A program made the translations under genes and the position numbers. Below, one piece after another: positions 28,201-40,302 of a stretch of DNA of 64,000 nucleotides. Source of the stretch: Nymphaea colorata (Eukaryota). The stretch's first letter is position 1. Each line of letters opens with the position of its first letter. The notes under the pieces were generated by a model. The model saw only the letters and a list, made by a program, of their open reading frames with translations, was not told the DNA's origin and did no database searches. The stretch covers positions 28,954,001 to 29,018,000 of the forward strand of contig NC_045138.2 in the NCBI RefSeq assembly GCF_008831285.2, in the 5' to 3' direction.

Positions 28201-29377
28201 CACTTACAAGACTAAAAGTCATTTACCAAAGAGTCCAATAAAATATAGCACTGATAATCCAAGTAATTCCAAAAGAAAGACAACAACCAAGCAATGAGTG
28301 ATAAATAGGACATAAAATGCACACCTTAGCAAAAAGAAGAATATTATCTGTGAAGGCTTCCCAAGTTTCATCTCGAACTAACTGTACAAAGCGTCAAAAA
28401 GAAGAAGAAGAAGAAGACCAATAAATATTCAAAGTAAACCTCCCAGAAACTTACAGCATAAAGAAAACCAATTTTAGAACTTACAAATCATTGTTAAGAG
28501 ATAAATTGAATCATTACTGTATTCGGACCATCCATATGGTCAAACTTAAAAGCCATGCCTATATGCAAGCAAAACAAACTTTTTAAGTGTAACTGTGGAA
28601 ATGCAGACTGCAGCAAGACCACAGTATCACATGTCAGACACTAATTGGTTGTCTCAGAATCTCAGATAAAGATTCTGCGGTAGAACACCTTTCTAAACTA
28701 ATTATGGTCCGTCTGATCTGGGACAGCTGGAAGCACATTACAAACATCAAAGGTCTAATCGAGGAATAACAATACTCGTTAAAGAATCCTCCCATGCCAT
28801 TGTGACAGGACATTATGTAACATCCTTTCAGTAATTAATACAAAGTAATTGGTATTTCAACTACATAGTTTCAACAAGCAATGGTTCCATCCCCGTTTAC
28901 GTTCTGCCTGCTTTATGCTACAGGTCCTACTACTGATTCCTGTGGATCATGATCTATAACCTGCTAGTACCTGGACCTAACATTAGCGCCATCGACAGGG
29001 AAGAAACGAAAGCAACATTTTGGTGCATTATCCAACACAGGAAATAAGTGCAATCCGTCTAAACATTACCAGCATCACACTTGTCAATTGTCATCCCAGT
29101 AGGGAAATCTACATTCTGATAGACCAAGTGGATTTCATAATCGCAAGTTTTGGGGGAAAAAGTTGCTTTTGTTTTGCGCCACAGAAGTGCAAGAAAGTTT
29201 CATAGGCCCATCAAATTAGTTTCTTGGGGTACCTCCTACTTTTAACTAGGTTTAGGTGTTGCTTCACTGCAGGCATCATAACCAAACATTGATTGCATTA
29301 ATAGTTCCTATAAAACCTAACAATACTCTAAGCATCTTAGCTTTATTTATGGTGTTCTACACACACAAACACGCGCG

Positions 29378-29411
<34 letters not shown>

Positions 29412-30571
29412 CGTAAAAACCTGTTCACAAATTCGTACTTGAAGGTGATCTGTATTCCCAGATCAAAATGACTGGCCAACTCCATCGTACCACTCAGGTG
29501 ATTTGATCTATTCCGTCTAGATCCAAACGGAACAGAAGACTTAACTGACAAACTAAATCTATTCACATACTTGAACTAGTTGAAAATTGAGCGAATAATG
29601 TAGCAATAGGGATATGATAGCGCACAATACAGAATGCTGAACCAAGAGAAGAAAAAAGTGTTGCCTACCTGTCTAATCATCACTCTCGGCAACTGAAATT
29701 CAAAATGCCAATGTGCATGTAGGATCTCATTAAATAATTATCGAACAACTTTGATACTAAATCACGTCGCTGTGGTGGATAAAATATTTTTCTATGGAAT
29801 TTCTGCATTTTACCCTGAAATATCGTTGATCGGACATCAAAAATTTATTCCAAAGCTATCAAACTGTAAATCATTCTAGTGCATTTCCAGGTTAAAGCTA
29901 TTCTGTTTAAAGCACAATCATCAGATCAAGAATAGAAAACTAAATCTTCCAATAGGAAAACCAAAAACACCGGAATAACCGTGAATGCGCCAACGCTCAA
30001 AAGTGAATTTCTACTTAGAAATCCCCATCATCTTGCTTATGCAAATTCTCCTCACATATTTATACATATCGTCCGGATAAGAGAATTGTTTACCTTCACC
30101 GCGACAAAGACAAAAAACGCTAAGACCGCCTGAACTTCCTGCACAAAAATCACCAAAATCGATCAAAATCACTCGAGTACACACGGAAGAACCTAACTCT
30201 ACTCATGAAAAATAAAAAATTCTCTCAATTCTTCATCCAATGGTCCACCGAGCGAGCCAAGCTAAGAAGCTCTCCGATCCCAGAAAATGCTCAAACCAAA
30301 ACTATCGAAAGCTGCCAAAAACCCACGGGACCAATCGGCCTCCTCTTCAAACATGGAAAAGGAAAACAAGAAAGAATGAGAAAATCTATAGTTCCGAATA
30401 ACCTACCCTGCGAAGGAGACGACTCGAGAAGTCCGGCGACAGAGAGGGAGAAGCGGATTGTCGAAAAGCCAAGTAAGAGAAGAAAAGGAGGAAATGAAGG
30501 AGGTAAAACGGCTCCGTGGTGAGGGCGTTCAGCCATGAGAAGGTCAAGGAATGCTTCGTCTTCCCCTCCAT
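22219..30571 (-). CDS. TMX2: Thioredoxin-related transmembrane protein 2-like (260 aa, 10 exons)
   Basis: Exons (minus): 30571-30407, 30138-30094, 28381-28325, 28050-27981, 27302-27261, 24942-24869, 23181-23111, 23014-22929, 22851-22742, 22281-22219. All introns are GT-AG, phases are consistent, total 783 nt. Product MEGKTK..WLNALTTEPFYLLHFLLFFSY..RREVQAVLAF..VRDETWEAF..LTQQP..LTPLQLE..FWLVTFSCPWSSRC..SFGVVDLGLFP..QLPTYILFDNAVEIARFP..CKHFDLDRRLVEYASSK* has N-terminal hydrophobic helices plus a thioredoxin-like domain with W-S-x-x-C, as in plant TMX2-like proteins. Confidence 0.93.
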
Positions 30572-31107
30572 TGGAAGAGGACGAGGGCTCCTCCGGCTGT
30601 CTCCCGCACAGACGCTCTGATGCTTTTCCCGCACTTCAGCACGACCCGCCAAGAAAGAGAGACGGAGGGAGGCAGAACAGAACGACGAGGAATCGGTGCA
30701 TAAGGGACGCACTCATGCATTGTTAGGTGAGACCGATTGTCCGAATCTTAGATCTGTATCCATATTCGCAATGCTGACACTATTTGGACACTGTGGACTC
30801 CAGAATGATGGCCTTACCTGTGGGAAGCACGGGCTTTGTCTCCTTAAAGCGTGTTTGATTGCTGAAGTTATATCTGACAGCCGGGTGAAATTCTTTCAAT
30901 TTTTCCAACACCTAGGCTGTAGCCATCAAATCAAATCAGGGAAAAAAAATTAGGTTAAATTTGTCCCTTTTTATAAAGACATTTATATTACTTCTAAATT
31001 TCAATTGGAATCGTAAGCCGCAGACTATTTTTTCTCAAAAATATTATACACTTCATGCAACTTTAAACACTAGCACAGATGGTTTGGGCTATCAAATGCT
31101 ATTCAAG

Positions 31108-31370
31108 CACTATAGGAAATGGATGGAATCAGTGACGCTGGAAAACGTCACAAATGACATTTGCTGACTACGTTTTAGCATTAGTGAGGCCGTCAATTAA
31201 AGTAGCATGGGTAATTCATTTAAGGTGACTAAATATACAATCGTCAGAAATAAAACTCATTTGTGATGATGTGACCATCGTCATTGAATTGGACTTAATG
31301 ACAATCATACTGCAATTAGTATAGATGGAGACCATCCTTAATGATGGTAGGGCACCATCAATGATTTTTG
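31108..31370 (+). mobile_element. Possible CACTA element terminal fragment
   Basis: Begins CACTATAGGAAA, followed by subterminal-like TGACG/CGTCA/CCATC repeats. The other terminus was not found. Confidence 0.35.
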
Positions 31371-31564
31371 TATTTTTTTTATTAACTTTTTATTGTTTTA
31401 TAATTTTTAGAATCTATTAAATGTTAAATTTTTTAAAATTTGCTGAAATTTTTTCAAGATATCTCCGAGATATACAAATTTATCATATTATACTCGAGAA
31501 ATTCCTCGCCACATAATACTCATACAATATATATGCAACAATGTCTGCAAGTATATTTTGAATA

Positions 31565-33055
31565 TGTTGCATTATCAAAGCTTCCATGTAGGACGGACCT
31601 GTTGAAGTGCTTGTTTTTTGCAAAGAAACAGGCTTCTGGTTTAAATTGAACTGTTTATGGCTCTCAGAAAATGTGTTTTACATAAATAAGTCAGATTGAG
31701 CTGGTTCGCTAAGTTGAGAATATGCGTTCTCCCACTTTTAATCTTGAGACCATGCATTCTTCATGGAAATGCGGTTTCTTCAGCTGAGTTTGTATGGGTT
31801 TTATGTGCTTGAGCTTGTCCGTGATTGTTCCAAAAAGCAGTAGAGCTTGATATTTACTTCTTGTTCAGCATGTTAAACCCAAACAATTTTCTGATTCAAT
31901 TTTTGGTGATTTTTTTTTTACCTGAACTGGCAAAAGTAAATATGACTTGCTTTATTTTGCGTTGTGAATACAATACAATTGTAGCTCACATGTGTGTGTG
32001 AAGGAGATGTGATTAACACTAGGTAAATGTGTTTGTTATATTGTTCTTGACTTATATATTTGTTATTTTGGTTGTTCTTTTTAATTATTTTATGGATGTC
32101 ATATATTTCACTATTTTGATGTTCTAGCTTATGCTTCAATGCCTTGAGGCTTACCTCTTTCGCCTTCAACAACATTGGATTAACAGAATCGTAACTTGGT
32201 GCATCGGTCCTTTTTTTTTGCTTTTGATCCATTTATTATTTTGATTGTTGTTAGTGAGGTTGTTATTTCTTTTATTAATCATCTGTCAACATTGTTTTTC
32301 GTTGTGATGTTGTGTTCTAAAGTTATGAAGCAAAAACGTTGTGAATTGTTGTCTTATTTGAAGTTTTAAAGTTTTTTTTGTCGTTTGAGAAAGTTCCTTT
32401 TTCTTATTCATGGGGTTTTATCGTTTTCATTCCTATTTAGTCGAGAAATATCTTTTTTTTTTTCTTTTGATAAATAAGGGAGAAAATTGGAGATGTGTAT
32501 ATATCGGATTTGAATCGATATTCGACCTAGAAAAACATTCTATATGAAAAAAAATATATATTTGATTAAGAAATTAGATCAGAAAATTACATCCGATCGA
32601 ATTCGGATTTGAATAGATTTAGACATGGATTTGGATAGAAATTATTTTTTAAACAAATATTTTATGTCTAGTGCTCTTAAAATCAGCCAAATTCGGTTCA
32701 CGGATTCAGATTTAGATTTGAATCGGATTTGAATTGTATGGATTTCAGATTCGAATTAATTGGTTTTTGAATATCCAAAAAGCAGATATGCTTAACAGTA
32801 CATTCAATTCAAATTTCATCCATTAGCATCTGCAGAAAAAACCTGTTTGTATCTGTAGATTTTTGTTTCTTCCTTTTGGGTGTTTTCTTTTTTCCAACGC
32901 AGTTCCCTTTTATGGTTCTGGTTGCCGTCCAGTACTCACAATTGTTAGTTGTATTTGCAGAGTTCTGTTGTTCAGTGCAGTGTTTTCAGCGTTCTTGCAT
33001 TGACAAAGATGCTTATCTTAAGGAACTGCTCTCTCCGGCAAAATCTTCCATTCTG
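31565..33055 (+). pseudogene. Inverted 5' fragment of SKIP (5'UTR intron, acceptor, UTR exon part and first ~14 codons, frameshifted)
   Basis: 31570-31780 matches the reverse complement of ~48255-48445, ~31800-32420 matches rc of ~45680-46460, and ~32910-33055 matches rc of ~45435-45580. The last block reads GTATTTGCAG|AGTTCTGTTG...AAAGATGCTTATCTTAAGGAACTGCTCTCTCCGGCAAAATCTTCC versus MLSLKELLPPAKSS. There is a net -1 indel right after the ATG at 33009. Confidence 0.88.
32480..32830. mobile_element. Probable MITE-like insertion (ATCCGA/TCGGAT/GAATTCGGAT-rich family)
   Basis: Interrupts the SKIP-intron homology and has no counterpart at ~45.6 kb. Similar motif-rich stretches occur at ~15.0, 15.9, 19.5, 36.9, 50.2 and 53.9 kb. 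Confidence 0.5.
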
Positions 33056-33312
33056 ACAAAAATGTACTCTCCATGATGGATATCGTCTATCCAATTATGT
33101 TCAATTAGTCATGGCACCATGAAAGTGGTTCAGAAATGGCAAAAGGGGACGTCTGAAACTGTGAAACATTCTATTTCTGTTCTATCAGCTATGCCCGTAG
33201 TTTCCCCTCATGCTCTCAAACACGCCCTCTCTCAGAGATCGAGTTGTGCATCTACTTATGCTATTTGACTATCTTGACCATAGGGTGATGAGGTGATCCC
33301 CTCCCTCTCTTT

Positions 33313-34695
33313 ATGCGTTGTCTCTCTTGCCCATGGCTGCCTACAACCAAGCAACGCCTTCTTTCTCGCTCCACCATCTCCCATCGTCGATCTTACCATT
33401 CTTCTTGGCTCTCTGCCATCGATTTCACTCACGAAGCATGCATCTCCCACCTCCGGTCTTGCACCAACTTGTCGGAACTCAACCAAATCCACAGCCAAAT
33501 GATCAAATCTGGTCTTTCAGATGCCCCATTTTCTACCTTCCTCTGCAACAATGTCATTCGATCCTATGTTAGGCTTGGCGCTCCTCGGCTCGCGTTCTCC
33601 ACATTCATTCGGATGAATCATGTAGGTGTATCGCCAGATAATTATACTTTCCCGGCCATTCTGAAGGCAACCACACAGATTTTTGCTCTACGGGAGGGCC
33701 GAGCAATCCATGGAGTCGCAATGAAAATTGGGTTGGACACAGATGTGTTCGTTGAGAGCGGGTTGATTCATTTGTATGCAAAGTTTGGCGAGTTCGATGA
33801 TGCGCACCAAGTATTTGATGAAAGTCCTCATAGAAAATTGGGGTCCTGGAATGCCATAATTTCTGGATTTGTGCAAGGTGGTCGCAGCCATGAGGCTCTG
33901 TCGATGTTCTTCGAGCTCGGAAGGTCAGGATTGGTGCCAGACGATGTCACCATTGTGAGCGTTGTGCCAGCCTGTGCGAGCTTGGGCGATTTGGACCTAG
34001 CCTCTCAAATCCATGGTTGTGCAGTAAAACTGTGCCTTACCGAGTCTGAAGTCTTGACTCAGAATGCGTTGGTGGATATGTATGGGAAATGTGGTCGAAT
34101 GGATCTTGCTAGGAAGATGTTCGATGAAATGCCCCAAAGAAATGTCTCATCATGGACTTCTATGATAGTTGGCCTAGCAGTAAATGGTCTTGCAACTGAT
34201 GCCTTAAGGTGTTTTGAGCAAATGCTGATTGCAGGTGTGAGGCCAAACCATGTAACATTTGTAGGTGTTTTGAGTGCCTGTGTTCATGCTGGTTTGGTGG
34301 ATGAGGGACTGAACTACTTTGATGAAATGGTGCATGGACATAAGATGGTGCCGATGATGCAACATTATGGATGCATGGTTGATCTTCTTGGCCGAGCTGG
34401 GCGGTTACAGGAGGCAAAGGAGATGATAGAAAGCATGCCCATGAAGCCGAATGTTGTCATATGGGGTGCTTTACTTGGTGCTTGTGAGAAGCACACAAGC
34501 GTGGACATTGGGGAATGGGTAGCCAGACATTTGCTGGAATTGGAGCCGGATAGTGATGGGGTGTATGTTGTTCTGTCAAATATTTATGCTAGTGCAAACA
34601 TGTGGGAAGATGTTCAAAGTACAAGGAGGAAGATGAAGGAGGGAAGTGTTGCTAAAACCCCTGGTTTTAGTTTAGCAACAAACTCTTCCTATTAG
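33313..34695 (+). CDS. PLS-class pentatricopeptide repeat protein with C-terminal E domain (460 aa; resembles Arabidopsis At1g77170/PCMP-E21 from memory), probably organelle-targeted
   Basis: Intronless ORF with an R/S-rich N-terminal transit-like peptide and P/L/S motifs (SWNAIISG, NALVDMYGKCG, RPNHVTFVGVLSAC, HYGCMVDLLGRAG). It has an E domain (VYVVLSNIYA...KTPGFS) and no DYW domain. Confidence 0.95.
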   Translation: MRCLSCPWLPTTKQRLLSRSTISHRRSYHSSWLSAIDFTHEACISHLRSCTNLSELNQIHSQMIKSGLSDAPFSTFLCNNVIRSYVRLGAPRLAFSTFIRMNHVGVSPDNYTFPAILKATTQIFALREGRAIHGVAMKIGLDTDVFVESGLIHLYAKFGEFDDAHQVFDESPHRKLGSWNAIISGFVQGGRSHEALSMFFELGRSGLVPDDVTIVSVVPACASLGDLDLASQIHGCAVKLCLTESEVLTQNALVDMYGKCGRMDLARKMFDEMPQRNVSSWTSMIVGLAVNGLATDALRCFEQMLIAGVRPNHVTFVGVLSACVHAGLVDEGLNYFDEMVHGHKMVPMMQHYGCMVDLLGRAGRLQEAKEMIESMPMKPNVVIWGALLGACEKHTSVDIGEWVARHLLELEPDSDGVYVVLSNIYASANMWEDVQSTRRKMKEGSVAKTPGFSLATNSSY

Positions 34696-37565
34696 CGTGC
34701 AGAAACAACCATTCTGTCCATAATTTGTACTGATTCCTTTGAAAGTCTGTCTAGGCATTTTATGGCAACTATGGACTCATATTGAACCTAATGAGGTTGG
34801 GAGCAGTGGGGCTAGCTGTAAGCATCAGTATGCTTATGTTTTGTCTCTTTATAAAAGGTTACACAAGCTTAGGTATTGCAGCAAGGAGTACTTTTGCAGT
34901 TGTCAGTAGATTTGAAATAGTTATGGGCATCACATTTTCCTTTTCCTCTTCTTAGTTATTTTTTTGCCTTGTTATCCTTTGTCAAGGTATTACTATTACC
35001 AGCCTGTTCCAGTTTCCTAGTAACATTTTTGTTGATACCTTCATTGGGTAACAAAATGTATGTGTTACTTTGTAATTAATTATCTCTCTCACCACAAATC
35101 GATTTTATGTAGCAAATACATACTTGTTACAAGTGGGGCAAGTGGATTGGTTTGTCAACTACTTTAAGTTGGACAGTTCTTATCTCAATTGAGATAATGA
35201 AAAAAATCATTTCATTTTTTTATTTGAAACTTTTGGCCTGATAGCACACAGGAATCAATAGTAGGACTTGTAGCATAAAGCAGGCAGGACATAAACGGGG
35301 GAAGGAATCATTTCTCATTTAAACTGTGAAGTTGAAGTACCAAATTATCTTGTACTAATTATTGAAAGGATGAGAGTGTGTGTACTGTCACAGTGGTGGG
35401 GGAGAGGTAATTTAAAGAGTATCAAAAGCTAAATCACCTCAAAAATGGATTTAGTATTGCTATGCCTGGATCAGGCAGGAGCATGATGTTTATAATGTGG
35501 TTTCCTCTGTCCCACCTTGCCATGAATATGCGGTCTATTACATTGATGGTGTCTGTTGATGTTCGTGAAGAAAGAAGCCAAAAAAGTTCCATTCAGATTA
35601 ACCCTAATCTCTTTTCAGCGATTAGTAAAAAAGTTACATGGCGATCCTCCCTCCTTATTACATTATGTTCAAGAAATAAATAAGTCCTAAAATTTTCAAG
35701 TAAGTATCAAAAACAAATTAATATTCTCTTCAGCAGTCCCAATACATTTTAAATAAGGATTCAAATTATGTTTTGAGTTTTAAACAACCATTTCTAAGTT
35801 CTGTACTTGGCTTTCTTTATGCTGATAAGTTTATGAGAGCTTTAGTTTGAATCTTTAGTGGCCTTTTTATTTCCTTTCATTTTTTGTACAATTAGTTCAA
35901 GATGGATCATAGGAAGCCTTCGCAGATGATATTCTTCTATTTGCTAAAGTGTGTATCTATCTCTTATTTGTCACTCATTACTCTGGTTATGCCTTTCATT
36001 TGGACATCTTAGTAATTTGATGTTTTGGGCTTTTCTTTTGAATAACTTTTTCTTACATTTACACATTCATTTTTAAACATTTTGATTTGTGGTACTTAAA
36101 CAATTGTAGCCCAACCAACTATACTATGCCCCTTGAAGCATGTTGAGCATAATATTTAAACCAAGAAACCAAGCCCAGATTCAACTTGGATGAGTAATCA
36201 AAGTTCATTAAACTAAGATGAAATTCAACTTAGTGCAACTAATTATGAATTTTAGATTGCAATTAATACAATGAGTAATCAAGCTCATGAAAGAAAAGAG
36301 ATAAAAGATTGAAAATAACAAAATAAACATGACCATGTTTGTGTAACAGTTCTCACGAACGTTGCCAATTTTATAAAGAAATGCAACATAAAGATGGAAA
36401 AAATCGACAGAACGAAAATATCATGCTTTTTTTTTATGTTTTTCCATTTTCAGAAAAAAAAAATGTTTATAATTTGATTTGAAGGAGGTGCTATCGATAT
36501 ACAAGTTGAAGTATCCAGAGGCACCAAACGTAGGTCTGATACGATACTGTAGAGGATTGGCAAATGTATGAGACTCTTCTTGTCATCTAATGATGGAACT
36601 AAGCCTTGATTAAGTCTTCAAATTTCATGTTATCCTAATGGCATATGCTTATCACTTGCCGTGGTGATTCCAAACACTAACTAAACTATTAAATTTTCGT
36701 ACTTAGCTTGTGAAGCAAATTAGCGCACGTCATGTAAATGGATTGGAATCAATTTTTGGGTCCCATAGTATGACAAGCCGAATTATATCAAGGCAGCTGG
36801 ATTCTTGTTTGATGTATATTTTATAGTATCTAATGTATTGAACGTTCACGTATTTAAATTTGGATTCCAACGCGATTGAAGATAAGTCTATATCATATTC
36901 AAATCTGGCTTTTACATTGACAACCGAATTTCAATACAGAACTTCACTATTAAATATTAAAACTAACTTTCGAGATATATGCATATTGGATATAAGATAT
37001 TTATTTAAAATTAACTCTGAATTTGAATCCAAATCTGACCGGATATTGTTGAATCCAAATTCCTCCCACATCAAGCTATTGCCCTAACCCCTTGGAGAGA
37101 CTTGGTTTAACATAGTTGATTTAGTTGGATCTTACTTAATCAATTCGCTCTCCAACTGAGAGTAGGTGTTGAATTTTCATCACTGAATAGTTAACCAACA
37201 AGACTTTTTTGAAAGGTCAGGACTCATTGCAATGAATACAATACAAATTAAGTCTCCATGTAACCAGATTGGATCTCTATCGGATTTCAGATTCAAATTC
37301 GGACTCAATAGTCTGTTATTGAGCTCGGGTCCGATAAAAGTTCGGATTCATTTTTCTTTACCACATCCAATTAAAGGACTCCGTATAAACTCCAACGCCA
37401 ATACGCATTCAAAATAAGCCAAAGGATAAATCCGGTCATTTTGAAAGTGCAAAGCTACTTTTGACGTCAGCCGAGGACCCTGAGACTGAGAGGCGATTTA
37501 TATTTTCATACGTCTCATGGTTCCTTATCTCGGGGAGGCCGAAAACCTGCGTATTCCGGCGGAAA

Positions 37566-40302
37566 ATGGACGCCGGACAGCCCCTAGATGTCAGGCCCCT
37601 AGCTGCAAAGGTGGTCGGAATATGCGCTGGCGAAGCTCATACGCTCGCCCTCACGGGTGAGTTATCGTTCGGATCTCAGATGAACCAGATCGATGATCTT
37701 GGTAGAAAGATTCCCGAGTTTCCGAGAACTAGCTGCGGTTTGTACTGACTGAAATCGTGATTTCTGGCAATTGCAGCCGAGGGAGAAGTGTATTCGTGGG
37801 GGCGCGGGACGTTCGGGAGGCTTGGAACTGGCAAGGAGGAGGACGAGACGAGGCCAGTCCGAGTTAGCTTCGTGTCGGGGAAGAAGGGCCAGGGCTGCTC
37901 AAATAAGCCGCCGAGGATCGTCGCCGTCGCCGCCGGGGCTTACCACAGCCTGGCTTTGGAAGGTTAGGGTTTTCTAATTTACTCCTTCGCTGTTCCTCGT
38001 TGTATTTTTTCGAATTTTTCAACAGAAAACTATCCAATGTTCTAGCCGGGAGTGACGCCGCTTTTGGTCCGGTTCAGCCGAGCTGGCAAAGAGTTTAGTT
38101 CCCCTCATAAGAAAACTTGACAAACTAGATATGAGCGACTAATGTTGGTAATAACTAGTGTGATTCAAACTTATTATGTAACAAAATTGATGTAAAACAA
38201 GTTCTTTGGCGACTTATTTTTTACAACAAATAAATTTGTTGGGCTTTTTTTTTTAAGCAAATGAGTTTAGAAGTTCTAATTTTGGCGGAAACAATTTTTT
38301 TATTTGTTTGAAATGATACCCAGCTAATTCAAACTCCGCTTTTCAGCTCAGTTTTTGTGAAGACATCATACTTAATTAATGAGTTTGCTCCTTGAGGCCC
38401 CAATCACCACGCTTTACAAGGGCAGCACCACGATCGTTTTAGGAGAAGAATAGCGTGAGAACGCTCAGAGTGCCAGGTAATACCATAAGAAATCCCGGGA
38501 TGCAAAATGGCGTCATGAACTAGAATGAGTTTCCTTTTTTATTCCGTTGCGGCCTGTTTTTCTGTTGAGAGCCCAACCTTTACCGCCAGGCAAGCATGCT
38601 GTTTTGAAGCCTGACACGTTTTGCCATGTGGTTCTGCATTTGCAGATGATGGATCAGTGTGGTCTTGGGGTTACAATCTCTGTATCCTCTATCTAATGAA
38701 TGATATATGTTGTTCATTATATATACAAGCTTGCACAGTAACAATACATTCTGTCAGTTGATTCCTTGACATCTACATGGATGGGCAACTTGGTGTGGAT
38801 TCAGAGAATTCCTTGGTTCCTATTTTCTTGGATGAGTTCCTTGATCTTGTTTCACCCCGCTCATTGCAGAATCAATCAGATTCTCAAGGAAAAGCACAGT
38901 TGAAGGTATAATTTAATTTCATCTGCAACTGATAATATTATTCTTGTGCTTACATATTCGTAGAACATTGCAGATTGTTTCAATCATGGCAGATGGAATG
39001 ATGTCATTTGCAATTGATAATATCGGAGGCCTTTGGATGTGGGGTAATTGTCCTCAACTTAGTAAGGATGGCGATGAACCTTTTAGTCTTGTTAGTATTC
39101 CCACTCCACGGCCTGTATGGTTTCTTCATGGTCGTTGTGTGGTGAAGGTAGAATGTGGAAATGAACATGTGGTAGTACTTGCTAGTCCAGGGGAAACAGT
39201 TTATGGAGGTGATCTCGTATGTTATGCTTGGGGTAATAACAATCATGGCCAATTGGGTCTTGGCGACAACGAATCCAGGTCGTACCCTGAAGTTGTGAAG
39301 TCCTTTGATGTGGACTCACCATGGAGTATCTACGAGATAGCTTGTGGGTCATTTCACACTACCGTTCTGACTCGCAGGAAGCCACATTCCCCTGAAAAGG
39401 ATGCACAGGAATTGAGAAGAATGAGGCTGGAAGACAGAGCGAGTGTTTGCTGGACATTTGGACTTGGTGACAATGGGCAGCTTGGACATGGGAAGGCGAC
39501 AAGCTCCTCCTTTCCTGAACCTGTATATGGGTTGCCAGAGGATGTACTGCTCAAGTCTGTTGACTGTGGATTGTTCCACACTTGTGTTGCTTCTGAGGCT
39601 GGTGAAGTGTGGGTATGGGGGATGGAGAAAGGACTTGGTCTTTGTCCTGAAGCTACCTTTTCTGGAGAAGATCCAGGTGACGCCCTTATTCCCTTGAAGG
39701 TCATTTGCAATGAAAATATAGATTCAAATTTTGCTGCACCTGTACAAGTAGCATGTGGTGCTGCCCATACTGTCGTTGCAGCACATGATGGGTATAGGAT
39801 GTGGGCTTGGGGCCGAGGTCATAGTGGTGTTCTTGGAAATGGTAGCACAGCCAACAGCCTCGTTCCTTGTACAGTGATGTGGCCGCCACTTCAGATGGAT
39901 TTTGAGAGAAAGGAAGTACTTGATCGGAAGGAAAGGGCCAAACCCTCTGAATCTGAAAAGATAGCTGGTGCGAAGAAAGGAGCATCAACCCTAGAGGATA
40001 TACAAGATCTCAATACAAAGATTGCATCAATGGAGAGGTATATAAATGTATTGCATACTTATATACTTGGTGAAAGGTTTGAAGATCTTGGTCTTCCTCT
40101 GGGGCCAGAGAATTCGGTGGCTGATGTTCACAAGGCATGGTGGAAGATGTTGGATTCAGCAGACGATGGGAAGCTCAATCAAATGAAAAGATTCTATCAG
40201 AGCATGCTATCTGCTGTGGAAGAAAAAATAATGAAGAGAAAGGTGCACGAAATGGTGAGAGAGTGTTTAAGCTCCTTACCTGCAGACATGAAATCATCCT
40301 AG
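37566..40302 (+). CDS. RCC1-repeat (UVR8/RCC1 family) protein, ~588 aa, 5 exons
   Basis: Exons 37566-37656, 37777-37962, 38646-38681, 38781-38905, 38974-40302 (1767 nt, phases consistent). RCC1 repeats include ICAGEAHTLAL, VYSWGRGTFGRLG, VAAGAYHSLAL, SWGYNLYGQLG, WGNNNHGQLG, IACGSFHT and FGLGDNGQLG, followed by a helical C-terminus. Intron 3 is U12-type. Confidence 0.9.
38682..38780 (+). other. U12-type (minor spliceosome) intron, apparently GT-GG
   Basis: Donor GTATCCTCT and branch site TTCCTTGAC (38762-38770), with no AG nearby. An acceptor at 38780 (..CATGG|AT) restores GYNLYGQLG. Confidence 0.75.

Noticed and set aside
30572..30712. N-terminal extension of TMX2 (and the similar ORF 52970-53377)
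   Set aside because: Both start at GTG in 5'UTR sequence. Homology to the family begins at the ATG at 30571 (53109 in the copy).
31918..32232. Minus-strand ORF MDQKQKKRTDAPSYDSVNPMLLKAKE with a GTAAGC donor, looking like a first exon
   Set aside because: It lies antisense within the duplicated SKIP intron sequence, so it is a chance ORF in T-rich intron DNA.
38944..38973. ORF-track start of the 452-aa RCC1 ORF
   Set aside because: It is a non-ATG start inside intron 4. The real CDS starts at 37566 and enters this exon at 38974.
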